Part shown: positions 6,313 to 7,426 of the stretch, piece after piece
How the letters are laid out: each line of letters begins with the position of its first letter
Position numbering within the stretch: the first letter of the stretch is position 1
Assembly: GCF_006345805.1 (NCBI RefSeq)
Contig: NW_021828808.1
Location: 1 to 7,426, forward strand
DNA from: Octopus sinensis
Taxonomy: Eukaryota
Direction of reading: 5' to 3'
Length of the DNA stretch: 7,426 nucleotides
Notes under the pieces: model-generated
Databases searched by the model: none
What the model was told of the DNA's origin: nothing
What the model saw: the letters and a program-made list of their open reading frames with translations, nothing else
Translations under genes and position numbers: made by a program

Positions 6313-6439
6313 GGTCAGAGGAGGAATACGAGAGGATCTTTAGTATAGGAGGTTTGAAAGTTATGGGGTTACGGAAAGTGGGTACTGTGGGTTTTTGAAG
6401 TGGTGGTGTGGTGGATATTTGAGAAATGTCGCTTGAGGT

Positions 6440-6548
6440 GTGGTAAAAGGAAACAAAAACAACAAAAACAAAAAAAAATAAACACAAAAAGAAGAGTAGA
6501 AGAGAACGGATAGGGGAGAGAATGAGAAGTAAAGAACACGGGAAGAAG

Positions 6549-6579
<31 letters not shown>

Positions 6580-6960
6580 GAGTGAGCGAGTGATGATGGG
6601 GAGGAGGTGGACGAGGAAGAGGAGGAGGTAGAGGTGGATGGGTAGAGTGAGGAGGATGGCGACGACGACGTTGACGAGGTCGATTATGACGATGATGATG
6701 TTGATGATAGTGAAGATGAGGATAATGGTGATAGTGAAAAGAAGAAATGGGAGAAGAGAAGAATTTGCATAAAACAGAGAGGGAAGAGGAAGTAGAAGAA
6801 AAAGAGGAAGTGGAAGAGTAGGAGGAGGAGGAGGACAAAGAAAAGACGATAAAGAGATAAAGAATGCATTGGTTTGTTTTGTTTCCAAATAAAATCATTC
6901 GTCCATTATAAACATTAGTCAACAATAACAGTAGCGACAGCAATAACAGCAACAACAACG
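6440..6960. repeat. Purine-rich compound simple-repeat tract including (GAA)12 at 6542-6577 and GAG/GAT/GAC/AAC runs
   Basis: Direct reading; explains the poly-F/S/H/L ORFs on the minus strand. Confidence 0.93.
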
Positions 6961-6969
6961 AGACTAGGA

Positions 6970-7210
6970 GCCAGTGGTGGTGGTGTGGGGGGCCTCAAAG
7001 AGGCCATTTGACGTGCAAGAAATTGCAGTCAAATTTACCTCAAGTAATACTCAAAAACCTTTTGAAAAAGGATACACTGGATAATGTAGTCCTATGATAC
7101 ACTATTTCTAAATAGTAAAATAGGATGGTCACTGTTGGAACGTCTTTGGCCATAGGGCCCGCTCCGTCGGGTTGACCTGAGTATAAACAACCAAAGAAAG
7201 AACAGCAATA
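6970..7210 (+). mobile_element. Possible 3' fragment of another retroposon ending in a TAAACAAC-like tail
   Basis: Non-microsatellite segment ending in taaacaaccaaagaaagaacagcaata. The resemblance to octopus interspersed repeats is recollection only, and there is no second copy in the window. Confidence 0.3.
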
Positions 7211-7214
7211 GTTA

Positions 7215-7417
7215 TTTCTAATATAGGCGAAAGGTCACAAATTTGAGGGCAGGGTTTAATTGGTTTATCACCAACCTCAATACTTGACTGGCATTTTTCA
7301 GCTGGATGAATGACAGTTTATCTCAGCAGGATTTGAACTCAGAATGGAAACCCCTGAATGAATGCAGCAAAACACTTTTTTTCCAATGGCCTAATGACTC
7401 TGCCAGCGCCCCACCTT
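7215..7417 (-). mobile_element. Old SINE family C copy (tail type C1)
   Basis: tttctaatataggcgaaaggtcacaaattt...tctcagcaggatttgaactcagaa...ctaatgactctgccagcgccccacctt is collinear with 5316-5517 and 5214-5306; B-box remnant ggatttgaactc. Confidence 0.8.
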
Positions 7418-7426
7418 TTTGATAAC

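Noticed and set aside
5087-6958. ORFs 5087-5341, 5732-5935, 6204-6398 and the 6248-6958 group
   Set aside because: They derive from SINE C, the MITE and duplication, SINE B and the purine-rich simple repeats (poly-F/S/H/L).

Overview
AT-rich, microsatellite-dense animal genomic DNA with no supportable protein-coding gene; every listed ORF is a translation of simple repeats or SINE sequence. The SINE types and (TA)n/(CA)n/(CATA)n density recall an octopus/cephalopod genome (inference from recollection, not verified). The window holds at least four tRNA-derived SINE-like families, labelled A-D here: A (2 copies, - strand), B (2 copies, +), C (5 copies, -, four in a head-to-tail chain) and D (1 copy, +), plus a probable hAT-type MITE. 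The main finding is that family D (4184-4445) has an RNA Pol III A/B-box head and, in its 3' half, a complete minimal type I hammerhead ribozyme motif (4343-4388) with a palindromic stem III, of the kind known from Penelope-like retroelements. A second, core-mutated hammerhead-like motif lies at 2929-2977. A family C dimer (4962-5306) is flanked by a 15-bp target-site-like duplication and has a fold-back junction that suggests template switching during a single insertion.
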